From: Eledone cirrhosa
Lineage: Eukaryota
NCBI GenBank assembly: GCA_964016885.1
Contig: OZ024764.1
Location: 4,836,001 to 4,900,000 of the forward strand
DNA: 64,000 bases
Reading direction: 5' to 3'
In this document: positions 14,167 through 27,439 of the stretch, one piece after another
Layout of the letters: every line of letters starts with the position of its first letter
How positions within the stretch are numbered: the first letter of the stretch is position 1
Program-made: the position numbers and the translations under genes
Notes under the pieces: model-generated
The model's input: only the letters and a program-made list of their open reading frames with translations
Databases searched by the model: none
What the model was told of the DNA's origin: nothing

Positions 14167-15505
14167 CTCTAGATAGAGGAAACTATAGAGGCATTAAGTT
14201 AGTTGACGAGGTCATGAAGGTCACAGAAAGAGTTATAGCGCAACTAATCATAGAACGAATTGATCTAGATGAAATGCAGTTTGGGTTTGTGTCAGGTAAA
14301 AGTACCACAGACGCTCTTTTCGTTGTACGACAACTACAAGAGAAGTACCTAGATAAAAGTAAACCCCTCTACTTAGCTTTTGTAGACCTGGAAAAAGCCT
14401 TTGACAGAGTCCCCCGCTCCATTATCTGGTGGGCTCTTAGAAATCTAGGTGTTGATGAATGGCTTGTGAGAGCTATACAAGCTATGTATAATGAAACAGT
14501 CAGTAGGTTAGAATTAACAATGAATATTGTGAAGAATTTAGTGTAAAAGTTGGTGTTCACCAAGGCTCTGTCCTTAGCCCCCTCCTATTTATTATTGCCC
14601 TTCAGGCTATAACAGAGGAGTTCAAGACCGGCTGCCCATGGGAACTCCTATACGCTGATGATCTAACGCTTATAGCTGAATCAATGGCTGAACTAGAGAA
14701 GAAATTCCAAACATGGAAGCATGGCCTAGAATCAAAAGACCTTAAAATTAACCTGTCTAAGACTAAAGTTCTAGTATGGAAGGAAAATAGGGCACTGGTC
14801 CCATCTGGGAAATGGCCATGCTCAGTGTGTAGGAAAGGAGTAGGCAGAAATTCCATTTTATGTCCCAAATGCAAAGTATGGGTACATAAAAGATGTAGTG
14901 GGATCACAGGTAAACTATCTAAGAACGTAGACTTTATATGTGGCCGATGCTCAGGTGCAATAGGTAGCAAGTGTCCACAGGATACTAGCCCCTTCTATTA
15001 CCCAGATGGTTCTATAGAAATAGTAGACACTTTCCGTTACCTGGGTGACGAAATCAGCAGTGGTGGAGGGTGTTCTGAAAGTACAGTAGCCAGAGTCAGA
15101 ACGGGATGGAAAAAGTTCAGAGAGCTTATACTGCTGTTGGCCACAAAAGGTTTCTCTCTAAAAATGAAAGGCAGATTGTATGATGCTTGTATACGAACAG
15201 CAATGCTACATGGCAGTGAGACATGGGCATTACGTGCAGAGGACCTGCGTAGACTGGAAAGGAACGAAGCATGCATGCTCCGTTGCATGTGTAATAGTAA
15301 TATATGTGAACGGCAAAGCAAAAATGAACTAAGTGAGAAATTAGGAATAAGAGGGATCAGATGCTGTTTACTCGAGAGAAAACTACGTTGGTATGGCCAT
15401 GTGATGCACATGAAAGACGACAGCTGTATAAAAAAGTGCAGGGCGATCAAAATTGATGGTAGTTACGGAGTAGGTAAACCCAGAAAAACCTGGGACGATC
15501 TAATT

Positions 15506-16245
15506 TAGCGTAGCGCCAAAGATCTCGGTCCAGTGACATTGTCTTGGAGAGGTGTAAGTGTGTGACGTCGGAATTTATCAAGTCATCCCAGGTTTTTCTG
15601 GGTCTGCATACTCCGTAGCTAACGTCTATTTTGATTGCCCTGCACTTTTTTATACAGCTGTCGTCTTTTATGCACATCACGTGACCATACCAACGTAGTC
15701 TTCTCTCGAGTAAACAACATCTGATCCCTCTTATTCCTAATTTCTCACTTAGTTCATTTATGCTTTGCCGTTCGCGTATATTACTATTACACATCCAATG
15801 GAGCATGTAAGCTTCGTTCCTCTCCAGTCTGCATAGATCCTCTGCACACAAGGCCCATGTCTCACTGCCATGTAACATCGCTGTTCGTATGCAGGCATCA
15901 TACAGCCTGCCCTTCATTTTTAGAGAGAAACCCTTAGCGGCCAATAGTGGTATAAGCTCTCTGAACTTTTTCCATCCTGTTCTGACTCTAGCTACAGTAC
16001 TTTCGGAGCACCCTCCACCACTGCTGATTTTGTCACCCAGGTAACGGAAGCTGTCCACTATTTCTATAGAACCATCTGGGCAATGGAATGAGTTAGTATT
16101 CTGTGGGCATTTGCTGCTACTTATTGCACCTGAGTACCGGCCACATATAAAATCTATATTCTTAGTTAGCTTACGTGTGATCCCACTACATCTTTTATGC
16201 ATCCATACTTTACATTTGGGACATAAAATGGAGTTTCTGCCTACA
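15506..16245 (-). mobile_element. RTE LINE 3' fragment, tail-to-tail with the preceding copy
   Basis: ORF 15447..16202 closely matches the C-terminal part of ORF 14684..15508. Confidence 0.9.
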
Positions 16246-16417
16246 AATCTATATAAATCTCTATATATATTTATATAAATCTCTATATATATAGATATAT
16301 ATATTTTTATATATATAGATATATATATAAATCTATATATATATATAAATCTATATATATATATAAATCTATATATATATAAATCTATATATATCTATAT
16401 ATATATATAGATATATA

Positions 16418-16457
<40 letters not shown>

Positions 16458-16610
16458 CACCTAGGTACTATGACATAACCTGTGTATTTGCTGACATTAG
16501 CATACATCTGCACGCATATGTTAGTAGATATACTAAATTCTCTATATATTTATATATATATAGATATATATATAGATATATATATAAATCTATATATATA
16601 TATATATTTA
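16246..16610. repeat. (TA)n-rich low-complexity tract
   Basis: Read directly from the sequence. Confidence 0.9.
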
Positions 16611-16799
16611 TTTAGGTTTGTTGGTTCACCACTGGATAGAACTGGTCATACCGTATAGTCAACTTCGATGTAATGTTATGGAGAATACTCAACGTAATGC
16701 AACTCACACGTCTTCGTTTGTGTAGTTGGTGGTGCGTGTACGGAGTTAATTATTATAAAATAACAGGAGGCTGGACTGGTGTAATTCCTTAAAAGGTTT

Positions 16800-16860
16800 A
16801 GTATACTATGATCATTTCAGTGACCGGGTACAGTATGAATCCGGTGACATCATCAGGTAT
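16800..16860 (-). ncRNA. Minimal type I hammerhead ribozyme motif (Penelope-like remnant)
   Basis: Minus strand reads ATAC-CTGATGA-TGTCACCGG...CCGGTCACT-GAA-ATGATCAT-A-GTAT, with palindromic stem III. Confidence 0.6.
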
Positions 16861-17629
16861 TTGAAATATAACAAAAGAATATATTAGACAAAATCCATGG
16901 GGCTGAAAAGTAGAGACATGAGGGCGGCCAAACATTTAGCAGCTTGTAGCCCGGTCAGCCACCCTCAAGTGATGATTATTAAGTCTTCTTATGTCCTTCT
17001 GGTGAAGGGGCATAGGCTTATAGTGTACTACTACCACCCTGTCATAGACAGAGGCCAGTGGTGAGATCAGGTTACAACCAAGCTGGTCAAGAGTGCTAGA
17101 AAGTGCCGCAAAAAATATTTTTTCAAAAAACATATCTTTAACAAAGCTATATATGGGGCATCTGCACAGCATATTGTATGGTCAGAAATTACGATTAACA
17201 AGTAGAAACGTTAAATTTATGTTTAGAGTTAAAATATGCCATTTAAGATGAAATTAGAAAAGTGTGATTTAGATTTAAAGTTGGGAGATTTAGTTAAAGA
17301 ATTTACAGAAGGAGGCTTTTATGAAAAAATTTAATTGTATTATAGATAGTCACGATAAAGTTTCAGGGTAGAATATAGAGTAAAGATTAAGCCCATGCTT
17401 AGCGCTCAATAACCAGCGACGTTGCGTACCCCATGTCAACCATTCTGAGTATTTTCGTTTAGCGAAAGAAAGGTAAATTTATTTTTCCGAGCACTCCAGG
17501 AATGTTAACTGGCTTAAGCGTCGGGTGTGTTAGCGGGAAGTCCACCACCGTTGGCTGGCCATCGTATATACCAAACGATTACTAGTTATTCACACAGGTG
17601 GGGGTTTTAGTTGAGTGGTAGTCTGCTAG

Positions 17630-18607
17630 TCTATGCTGACGATCTGGTTCTTAAAGCAGAATCAGTGGAGGGGCTAAAGAATAAATTCTGGCTATGGAAA
17701 CAGCAGTTGGGATGAAGAGGACTGAGAGTGAACCTAGCTAAGACAAAAGTGTTGATGAGTAGAAAAGAGGACAAAACTCTGGTTCCGTCAGGGAAATGGC
17801 CATGTTCGATATGCAGAAAAGGAACTGGAATAAATTCTATAAAATGCACACAATGCAGATCTCGGGTACACAAGAGATGTAGTGGGATAGCAGGCAAACT
17901 AACAGGTAGGGAGAAATACGTATGCAGTAGATGTACAGGGAAATTAGACAGTAGAAGTCGCATTGATAGACACATTTTTCAAATGCAGACGGGTGCTATA
18001 GAATTGGTGGATAGCTTCCGGTACCTAGAAGATCAGATTAGCATGGAAGGAGAGGGGGGTTCCGAGGCCATAGTATCTAGAATAAGGACGGGTTGGAAGA
18101 AGTTTAGGGAACTACTTCCTCTGTTGACAAAGAAGGGTTTCTCCCTGCGTACGAAAGGCCAGTTATATGATGCCTGTGTGAGGAGCGCGATGCTGCATAG
18201 TAGTGAGACATGGGAAGCAACTGCAGAGGATATGCGACGGCTGGAGAGAAATGAGGCAAGCATGTTCCGTTGGATGTGCAATGTCAATGTGCATGAACGA
18301 CCGAGCATGGATGTGTTGAGAGAGAAACTGTGTCTGAGAGGGATAGAATGTAGTGTGCGAGAGAGGAGACTGAGGTGGTATGGACATGTGATGCGCATGG
18401 AGGATGCCAGGAAATGCCAGTTGAAGGAAGACGTGGTAGAGGTAGACCACAAAAAAGATGGGTGGAGGTGGTTAAAACAGACCTCAGATCGCTGAAGCTC
18501 ACAGAGGAGATGACGAAGGACCGTGACAAGTGGAGAGATGCTGTGGTGAATAGGACCTGTCCCACCCATGCAAGCAGGGAAAAGTGGACGTATGATGATG
18601 ATGATAT
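17630..18607 (+). mobile_element. RTE LINE 3' fragment (YADD to tail)
   Basis: ORF 17728..18495 and (GAT)n tail; paralogous to 31188-32137. Confidence 0.9.
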
Positions 18608-19714
18608 ATAGCCATTTCATCCGGAGAGGTTACCCTCCCTCCCTTGCTCGCGCCCGTGCTGTCCACTGCTCTTTGTGGAGCGAGAGACTCCTAGTCTTTA
18701 TTAAGACATCTCTCGAGGAGAAAGACTGATATAAAACCTGCCACATCATTTGTATCCAATGATGTTGATCACTTCTTCTTTATAACCAAATGCATTCAAT
18801 GTTCAGAGAGGGATTGGCCCCTTGCAAAGCCTTTCTTCACTTAAAAAAGCTTCAAGCACAGATACCACTTGATATGTGGCCTTTTTTGTGATGCATGGTA
18901 TTGCTGGCTATAGGTAAGTCCCCAGCAGAACTAAAAAGCCACGTCCATGAAGCTCATGCTTAAGTATCACGCGATGGCATTGCTCAAAATCGAGTTGCAG
19001 CCATCATGTATGTATGTATGTGTGTATGTACTTATATGGACTCTCCTGTCATATATTGATGTATGAGGGTTCAACAGTCTTCTCACTTCAATTTATTATG
19101 TTTATGCCTTAAATGACACTTTATTGTGTCGTCTTGAGTTTGTTATGAGTCTCTTTTTTATAAAAGGATGCCACAGAGTGTACGATAGATAATTATTACA
19201 ATATTTTTGAGCAACAACTCTAGTCCCACACTTTTGAAGGTTTATTATAACATTCTGTGGCTCTTTTGAGCTTGCACATTTTTCAGGTCTAGTTTAATAT
19301 TTTTTTAAGGCAACACTTGTAATAACTCTAGTTAAACATGATATATATTAATAATACATTATCGTTGTAATGTAATTAGATTATATAATTGTTATTTTAT
19401 AAATGATCTTATAAATATTATTGTAAGATGTATAAAAATATTTTCAGACTTTTAATATAAACAACTACAGAAAACAATCAATATTAAATAAATATATTTT
19501 ACATAATAATTGTTATAGTTGAATTAATAAAAATTAAATATTATATACAAATAGTCTAACATAAAATAATCTAACATAAAACGAACAATAATATGGACAA
19601 ATATACAAGTAAATATGGTACAACCAATATTATAAGCACGTTATAATGAACTGAAAAAAAAAAATAGTTAATATAAATTTAAAAAATCATATATAAATTA
19701 ACAATATAACTTAC

Positions 19715-19875
19715 CAAAACGAGAAAAATATTTTGATGATAAACGACGAAATACAGGACGAAGATTCGAAAGCGAAACAATAAATAAACGTGCAAACAAA
19801 GTGGCGGATGCTTTTGAGCAACAATTACTCTCATTGGTTGATTAGCCAATAAGACGATGAAATTGGCCAATAAGA
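19715..19875 (-). promoter_or_regulatory. Candidate promoter (CCAAT cluster) and non-coding first exon of a minus-strand gene
   Basis: Four ATTGG/CCAAT motifs at 19833-19871, a local CpG cluster, and a G|GTAAGT donor on the minus strand (ACTTAC at 19709-19714). Confidence 0.4.
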
Positions 19876-20359
19876 TGATACATTACAAAAGATGTTTGGC
19901 AGGGATCACCACAGCCAGCGAAAACCCTTGAATTTTTTATTCAGAAGCTACACATATATGTTAGACACGCAGACTTAAAACATTCTGTTGTTAGTCACTG
20001 CGTGTCTAACAGATTATATATATATATATTAAAATAACAGATTAAAGTTTAAGCAAAGAATCGCTGCTTTCACCCTTAACGGGATCTTCTGAAACTAAAA
20101 AAATCAATTTCTGAACGCAGAAGTAAATATTTCAAAAAATGTTACACACTATATATATATATATACATATATATACATATACACTATATATATATATCTA
20201 TATATATACATATATACACACACAGATAATGTCATAATGTCATAATGCAGACAGCCAGACATACAGACAGATATTATAAGGGCGAGACGTTGTAGCTATG
20301 TATCTATCTAAAAAGAAAGACTAAGAATTATAGAGAGAGATCGCTAAATCGCCTAATGC

Positions 20360-20510
20360 GGTCCCTAAGGCATTGAAAATTTGAAATATATTTTGCTCAA
20401 AACACTCACACGGCCATAAGTATTACATGTGTAAAGTTTGAAAACAATCGGTTGGGTGGTTCTCGAGTTTTAGGGAGTCAGACAGACATTCTCTGTTTTA
20501 GATATATAGA
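20360..20510 (-). mobile_element. Possible non-autonomous Helitron-like 5' end
   Basis: Minus strand starts TCTATATATCTAAAAC..GTCTGTCTG..CTCGAGAACC..CCGATT, a pattern typical of such elements. Confidence 0.35.
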
Positions 20511-20559
20511 TGACAGGATTTTGAGCAGAGCAGGATGGAATGTTTGATCAGATCTTGAT

Positions 20560-21060
20560 GTTAGATCTTAGATCATGACGATGTACCAGACGAGATTTTT
20601 CAAAGTTCTTTATAAGTTCATGGCAGACAGTTCTCCATTTTTTAAGGCAGCATCTACGGCTTTAAAAGAAGAAAGCGGTATGTTCCCATATTTAAGATTC
20701 TACTTCAGTTTGTCTTTATATCTGAGTAATAGCGTGCCTGTGTTATACCATTATGAAATTGACTGTATAAGAGTACCTTGGGTGTGTAGTTCTCAGACAT
20801 CTGTAGGACATGACCAGCCCATCTGAGTTGGGATTGCATCAGAAATAACTCAATCCCACCAATGTTGTACTTCATGAAGAGATCAACATTTGAGATTATG
20901 TCATAACCACAGATGGAGACAATGTTTGTGGAAGACATCGAGCTTATAAATGTGGATGCATATAAGAATGTTGGCAGTACCACTCTACAATAAACTGCAA
21001 CTTTCATTTACAGGCATATATCTTTGACACCCCATTGACAATGTATGGAGAAATACTGTT
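20560..21060 (-). mobile_element. Old RTE (BovB-like) C-terminal fragment
   Basis: KVAVY..VVLPTFLYA and QLRWAGHV..M..PKVLLYSQ motifs. Confidence 0.7.
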
Positions 21061-21299
21061 GAAAAGGAGCTCTCCAACCCATATGACCATGAAAAACAGA
21101 CGTAAAAATGAAGATGATGAATATATATATATTCATTTAAGATTGGTGGTTCACCACTGGATAGAACTGGTCATTCTGTATAGTTAACCCTGATGTAATA
21201 TTAAGAAAAGCACTCAACATTATGCAACTCATCCATCTTTGATGTTGAATCTTGTAGGTGCTGCAGGAACGTAGTTAATTATTATTGAGTAAAATGATA

Positions 21300-21615
21300 G
21301 GAGGTCGGACTGGTGAAATTCCTTCAAAAATGTATTTCTGTAAACACTATTTCAGTGGCCAGGTTACGTAGGATCTTGGTGACATCATCAGATGTATATT
21401 GCATAATAGTTATATAATAAAGGAATAATGGTAAACATAATCCAAGAAGCTTTCTGCTTTCTCTCCTTATAGCCTCTTGGATAATGTTTACCATTATTCC
21501 TTTATTATATAACTATTATGCAATATACAACTGATGATGTCACCAAGATCCTACATAAACTGGCCATTGAATGTACATAGTGTTTACAGAAATACATCTT
21601 TGAAGGAATTTCACT
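21300..21615. repeat. Inverted repeat of a Penelope-like terminus (degenerate CTGATGA cores in both arms)
   Basis: About 21315-21440 is reverse-complementary to about 21482-21614; homologous to 16610-16900. Confidence 0.7.
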
Positions 21616-21874
21616 TCATTTTACTCAAATCCCACCAAGGTTAACTTTGCCTTTCATCTGTACAGGGTTGATAAAATAAAGTACCAGTAATGCACCAGTA
21701 CAGGTAATTGCTGGCTTTGTGACAAAAGTAGAAACAAAATATATATATGTGAGTGTGTGTGTGTATAAAAGATTAAGTGCGGCGAGGAATCCTGCTCCTC
21801 TAGCTTTATCCGCCCCCCCCCTCCTCCAATTTGAAAATAGCCAATATTTTATATCTTTCAGCTCTAACCTAAAT

Positions 21875-22996
21875 ACACCTCTCCCAACTGCTTCAAGTTT
21901 ACACCTCTCCCAACTGCTTCAAGTTTACACTTCTCCCAACTGCTTCAAGTTTACACCTCTCCCAACTGCTTCAAGTTTACACCTCTCCCAACTGCTTCAA
22001 GTTTACACCTCTCCCAACTGCTTCAAGTTTACACCTCCCCCAACTGCTTCAAGTTTACACCTCTCCCAACTGCTTCAAGTTTACACCTCTCCCAACTGCT
22101 TCAAGTTAACACCTCTCCCAACTGCTTCAAGTTAACACCTCTCCCAACTGCTTCAAGTTAACACCTCTCCCAACTGCTTCAAGTTTACACCTCTCCCAAC
22201 TGCTTCAAGTTTACACCTCTCCCAACTGCTTCAAGTTTACACCTCTCCCAACTGCTTCAAGTTTACACCTCTCCCAACTGCTTCAAGTTAACACCTCTCC
22301 CAACTGCTTCAAGTTAACACCTCTCCCAACTGCTTTAAGTTAACACCTCTCCCAACTGCTTCAAGTTTACACCTCCCCCAACTGGTTTAAATTAACACCT
22401 CTCCCAACTGCTTCAAGTTTACACCTAACCCAACTACTTCAAGTTTACACCTCTCCCAACTGCTTCAAGTTTACACCTCTCCCAACTGCTTCAAGTTTAC
22501 ACCTCTCCCAACTGCTTCAAGTTTACACCTCTCCCAACTGCTTGAAGTTAACACCTCTCCCAACTGCTTCAAGTTTACACCTCTCCCAACTGCTTCAAGT
22601 TTACACCTCTCCCAACTGCTTCAAGTTTACACCTCTCCCAACTGCTTCAAGTTAACACCTCTCCCAACTGCTTCAAGTTAACACCTCTCCCAACTGCTTC
22701 AAGTTAACACCTCTCCCAACTGCTTGAAGTTAACACCTCTCCCAACTGCTTCAAGTTTACACCTCTCCCAACTGCTTCAAGTTTACACCTCTCCCAACTG
22801 CTTCAAGTTAACACCTCTCCCAACTGCTTCAAGTTTACACCTCTCCCAACTGCTTCAAGTTAACACCTCTCCCAACTGCTTCAAGTTAACACCTCTCCCA
22901 ACTGCTTCAAGTTTACACCTCTCCCAACTGCTTCAAGTTTACACCTCTCCCAACTGCTTTAAGTTACACCTCTCCCAACTGCTTCAAGTTAACACC
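21875..22996. repeat. 26-bp minisatellite (~43 copies)
   Basis: Unit ACACCTCTCCCAACTGCTTCAAGTT(T/A). Confidence 0.97.
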
Positions 22997-23135
22997 ATGC
23001 CATTGTCCAGAAACTTTACAAAAAGAATGACTACTATCCGGTTATCTGCTAATGTAATGACTGACCTAATTTAACACCTGAAGCAGGAAGGTATTTTACA
23101 AAATGTAAAATATATATATGTGTGTGTGTGTGTTT

Positions 23136-23174
<39 letters not shown>

Positions 23175-23175
<1 letters not shown>

Positions 23176-23787
23176 TGTGTAACAGTAATATATGTGAACG
23201 ACAAAGCATAAATGAATTGAGAGAGAGACTGAGCATAAGAGGAATCAAATGCTGTGTGCAGGAGAGGCGGTTGCGCTGGTATGGACATGTGATGCGTATG
23301 AAGGATGACAGCTGCATAAAAAGGTGCAGAGCACTAGAAGTTGATAGAAACTGCGGAGTGGGGAGACCCAAGATGACCTGGGATGAGGTGATAAAAGCCG
23401 ACCTTACCCAATTACACCTCTCAAAGACAATGACACACGACCGTGACTTCTGGCGTCACGCAGTAATACAGAGTACCCGACCTCCCATGGGTACAAGCTG
23501 AAGCATATAGACAATATGCCCCCACACCGCAAGGTGGTTGTGGAGGTGCCACGGCAAAAAAGCACCCAGCCCACACTGTAAAGTGGACATGTAGGCGCCA
23601 CGAAAAAGCACCCAGCACTCACTGTAAATGAGGTTGGTGTTAGGAAGGGCATCCAGCTGTAGAAATCAAGCCAGATCAGTTCCTGTATGAGCAAGGCATG
23701 GTCAGCCGACCAGACACTGCCCACAACAGGACAACTCGTCTAACCCATGCTAGAGTGGAAGAACGGACGTAAAACGGTGATGATGAT
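23175..23787 (+). mobile_element. RTE LINE 3' end with long 3' UTR
   Basis: RLRWYGHVMR / GRPKMTW motifs; UTR with AGGAAGGGCATCCAGCTGTAGAAA; (GAT)n tail. Confidence 0.85.
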
Positions 23788-23909
23788 ATATACATACATA
23801 CACACACTTGGTAACCACTGAGACAGGTTTTGTTCCTTACTAGTTCATTCCATAATTCGTTGAGTGAGTAATGTGTGCATATATATGATGATGATGATAT
23901 GTGTGTGTG

Positions 23910-23960
<51 letters not shown>

Positions 23961-24298
23961 AACCATAATTTTCACATAAATTCCTCAATTTAAGAATGAC
24001 CTGTAGTATCGAATTTCATATTATAAACCCCAATTGAATATATATCTGACCAGGGATGGTTTTTGTGAAAATCAGTCATATGGAACTATTGTCATCTTGC
24101 CTGACGGATTGAACTTTACAACACCACCTGCCTCTTTGAGGTTAAATACCAACCCTACTAGCATCTACAAACTGACCAATGAGAATTAAGATTATTCCTG
24201 CTGACAACATTAAATTATTCCTAACAAGCTCATATGTCCCAAGGCTCTGATACCATCAACACTATAAACACAGAGCTGACATATCTAAGAACTAACTA

Positions 24299-24356
24299 AC
24301 TGCCTGATGAGGTCATAGCCATTCAATGGCTATCATCGAAATATATATATAGCAGT
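24299..24356 (+). ncRNA. Minimal type I hammerhead ribozyme motif followed by AATAAA
   Basis: ACTGC-CTGATGA-G..ATAGCCAT-tca-ATGGCTAT..C-GAAA-(TA)n-GCAGT. Confidence 0.65.
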
Positions 24357-25170
24357 AAATAAAGGATTATGAGTTCATGCAATTGACATATGTTTCGTCA
24401 CTATATATATATATAGATATCAAAATAAGAGTCATAGATCATAAGAACAGAGGGGAAGGAACTATGATGTAATATGTTAGAAGCCTTAGACAAACCGAAG
24501 CATGCTCAATGCTTAAAAAGGTGAGATTAAATATTATAGTGGAGTTAATATTTAAGGAGAGTTTGAATGCAGAGAATAAGCAGAGTGTGTATATGCAGAA
24601 ATATACAGTACAGTGGAGAAAGCAAGACATTTAATAATTGTTTCTACTTTTGGCACAAGGCCAGCAATTATCCCAGTGTATTACTGGTACTTTATTTTAT
24701 CGAACCCGTAAGGATGAAAGGCAAAGTTAACCTCAGTGGGATTTGAACTCAGATCATAACGGGTCATAACTCTACGCGTCAAAGCATGGTGTCCGACCCT
24801 CTACTGATACTGCCAATCTACCACTCTTAAGACAATAACAGAATGTATTCCTTACACAGTGTTTTGTCGTTAAGTACATTAATAATTCAACAGGTGGATA
24901 CATGAGGTTTACATCCTATTGTAGAAATGTACCTATTAGACTCTTCAGAGGGAAATTTTGTTCTTAGAAATATCACAAAAAGGGATTATCAGAGTCCGTA
25001 CAAATGCAAAATATTGGCTACACATTCATGAACAGTTTAACCTTTAAATATTCGGAGATATTATAAACATGTCCATCGCCATGTTATGTTTTGGGTTTTT
25101 CCATGGGATGATGTGATAAAAGCTGACCTTGCACAAAGATAATGACACAAGATCGAGGACTTTGATGTTA

Positions 25171-26469
25171 TGTAGGGGGGATCAAAAATTTTGCGGAATT
25201 TTTCAGAAAATAATCTATTTTTCAAAAAATATGATTTACCTTCAATTTATTTTTCTACATAGTTGCCATCCAGGTCAATACACTTCACAAGGCGATGCTT
25301 CCAGCTTTGTAAGCCGTCTCTAAAGAAAGTTGAAGGCCTTGTTCGAAGCCATGTGTTGGCAGTGTTTTTAGCTTCTTCAACACCACTAAAAATGGGTTCC
25401 TTTTAGCATTTCTTTGAGTTTTGGAAAGAGGAAAAAGTCTGATGGGGATAAATCTGGACTATAAGGTGGGTGAGGAAGCACTTCCCATCGAAATTCTCGA
25501 AGAACTTCTTTTGGAACCCGCGCAGAATGCGCTGGTGCATTGTCATGGTGAAGCAAGATCCCACCATGAAGTTTCCCTTTTCGTTTTTTGACTAATGCCT
25601 CTTTCAGCTTCCTTAAAACATTTGCATAGTAAGCTCCTGTCACAGTTCTTTGACCTTCAAGATAATCTATTAGTATCACCCCATCTGAATCCCAGAAAAT
25701 GGTGGCCATCACATTTTGATCCGACTTTTGAGATTTGAACTTGATTGGCCCCGATGATCCACGTAGAAGCCACTGTTTTGACTGCTTTTTGGATTCAGGA
25801 TCATACTGGTAGATCCAGGTTTCATCTCCGGTGATGATTCTGGTCAGGAAATGCTCTTCATCAACTTCAATTTTGTTTAATATCGCCAAAGACAGATCAC
25901 TTCGAAGAATCAGCTGATCAGGGCGCAACGCTTTTGGAACCCATCGCGCTGAAAGCTTGCTTAGTCCCAAATTATCGTACAGAATTGAATTTGCCGAACC
26001 ATATGAAATGTCTAGGGACTTAGCTAACTGATTAGCTGTTATTCTTCGCTCTTCTTCAATTAAAGTCTGAGCAGCCTCCACGTTTTGGTCATTATTTGAT
26101 GTTCCTGGTCTTCCACTGCGATGATCGTCTTCAAGGTCGTCTCTCGTTTGAATCGCTGAATCCCCTTGTAGACAGCAGTTTTCTTTGAAGCAGTAGTACC
26201 GTAAACTTTAACTAAAGCCTCCATAATCTGTGTCCCTTTCCATTTGAGTTTCACCAGAAACTTGATATTCGATCTTATCTCAAAATAACTATTTTCCATT
26301 GTTCCAAAATGAGGTTTTTTAAAGAATGTCAGTACTGTACAATAGTCCGCGCATGACTGACTGCAAGGTAAACACCCAGTGACAATGTTCTGACATGTTT
26401 AATATTGTTTTAACCTGATTTTTTTCTTGCTACGATAAAATTCCGCGAACTTTTTGATCGCCCCCCTCA
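25171..26469 (-). mobile_element. Full-length mariner (DD34D) with frameshifted transposase
   Basis: ~30-bp TIRs (GAGGGGGG.GATCAAAAAGTTCGCGGAATTTT) flanked by TA; WVPKAL, TGDETW, HHDNAPAH, YSPDLSPSD with D-34-D spacing. Confidence 0.95.
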
Positions 26470-27439
26470 TAGAGAAGTGCCACCTTCCCATGGGCATGGA
26501 TTGAAGCATACATCTAGTAGGCACCACTTAACCACTATCCTCTCTTACCCTTCCATACACCTCCCAAACTGTACCGCCATCTTTGTTTTCTCCTCCTCCT
26601 CTTGTTTATATTGTCAGCATTATTGTTTTAACTCTTTAGCATTTACATTACCCTACATACTATTATATTTTCATGGTAAAGGCTTTACCTCGCATAATTA
26701 TCTCACATAATATTGAATCTATGAGATTTTGAAAGTATTTATTTTGAGAACAATACCGGAACATCAGTTTGAGTGACCAGTTACAGCCAGTTTCAACAGA
26801 AAGAGGTAGAGAATTCTGGCCGGTTTTGGCTAGTTTGAACATTAAAGGGTTAATATTGATTAATTGTTGTCTAATATTATGTTGCTTTGTCACCCATATC
26901 ACCCCAACCTACAGCCTCTACTCCACCTCCACTCCACTTTGATGGTACTCACCACTTCCACTCATACTCTCTCAACCCTCTCACTCACACTCACTTCTTT
27001 TACTAGTTTTATATAAAAGTAATAATAATAATAATAATAACAACAATGGTTTGTGATTTAGCCACAAGGACAACAATTTTGGGGAGGGAGGGGAATGTTA
27101 ATTAAATCTCCCCCAGTACATTACTGGTACTTTATTTTATCAACCCTGTAAAGGTAAAAGATAACCTCAGCGGAATTTGAACATAAATAATAATAATAAT
27201 AATGATGGTTACTGATTTCGGCACAAGGCCAACAATTTTGATGGGAGGGGAAGTCAATTGACCGCAGTGAATTACTGGTACTTTATTTTATTGACCCTGG
27301 AAAGATGAAAGGCAAAGGTAACCTCAGCAGGAATTCCCTGCAAAGATAGTTGAACATGATAATATTATTGAAAGGCTATGAATTATATATGTGAAGACAT
27401 TTTGTTTTTAGCATGATTAACAAATCTGATGAACTGCTA

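Larger units (their letters stand above)
9740..15505 (+). mobile_element. Degenerate RTE LINE interrupted by a hAT insertion at 10749-14166
   Basis: RTE ORF fragments on both sides; KGDALD|RGNYRGIKL is split exactly at the hAT target site. Confidence 0.9.

Noticed and set aside
18873-18919. Signal-peptide-like MWPFL*CMVLLAI followed by GTAAGT
   Set aside because: In-frame stop, phase 1 rather than 2, and the surrounding sequence resembles a decayed Tc1/maT transposase C-terminus.
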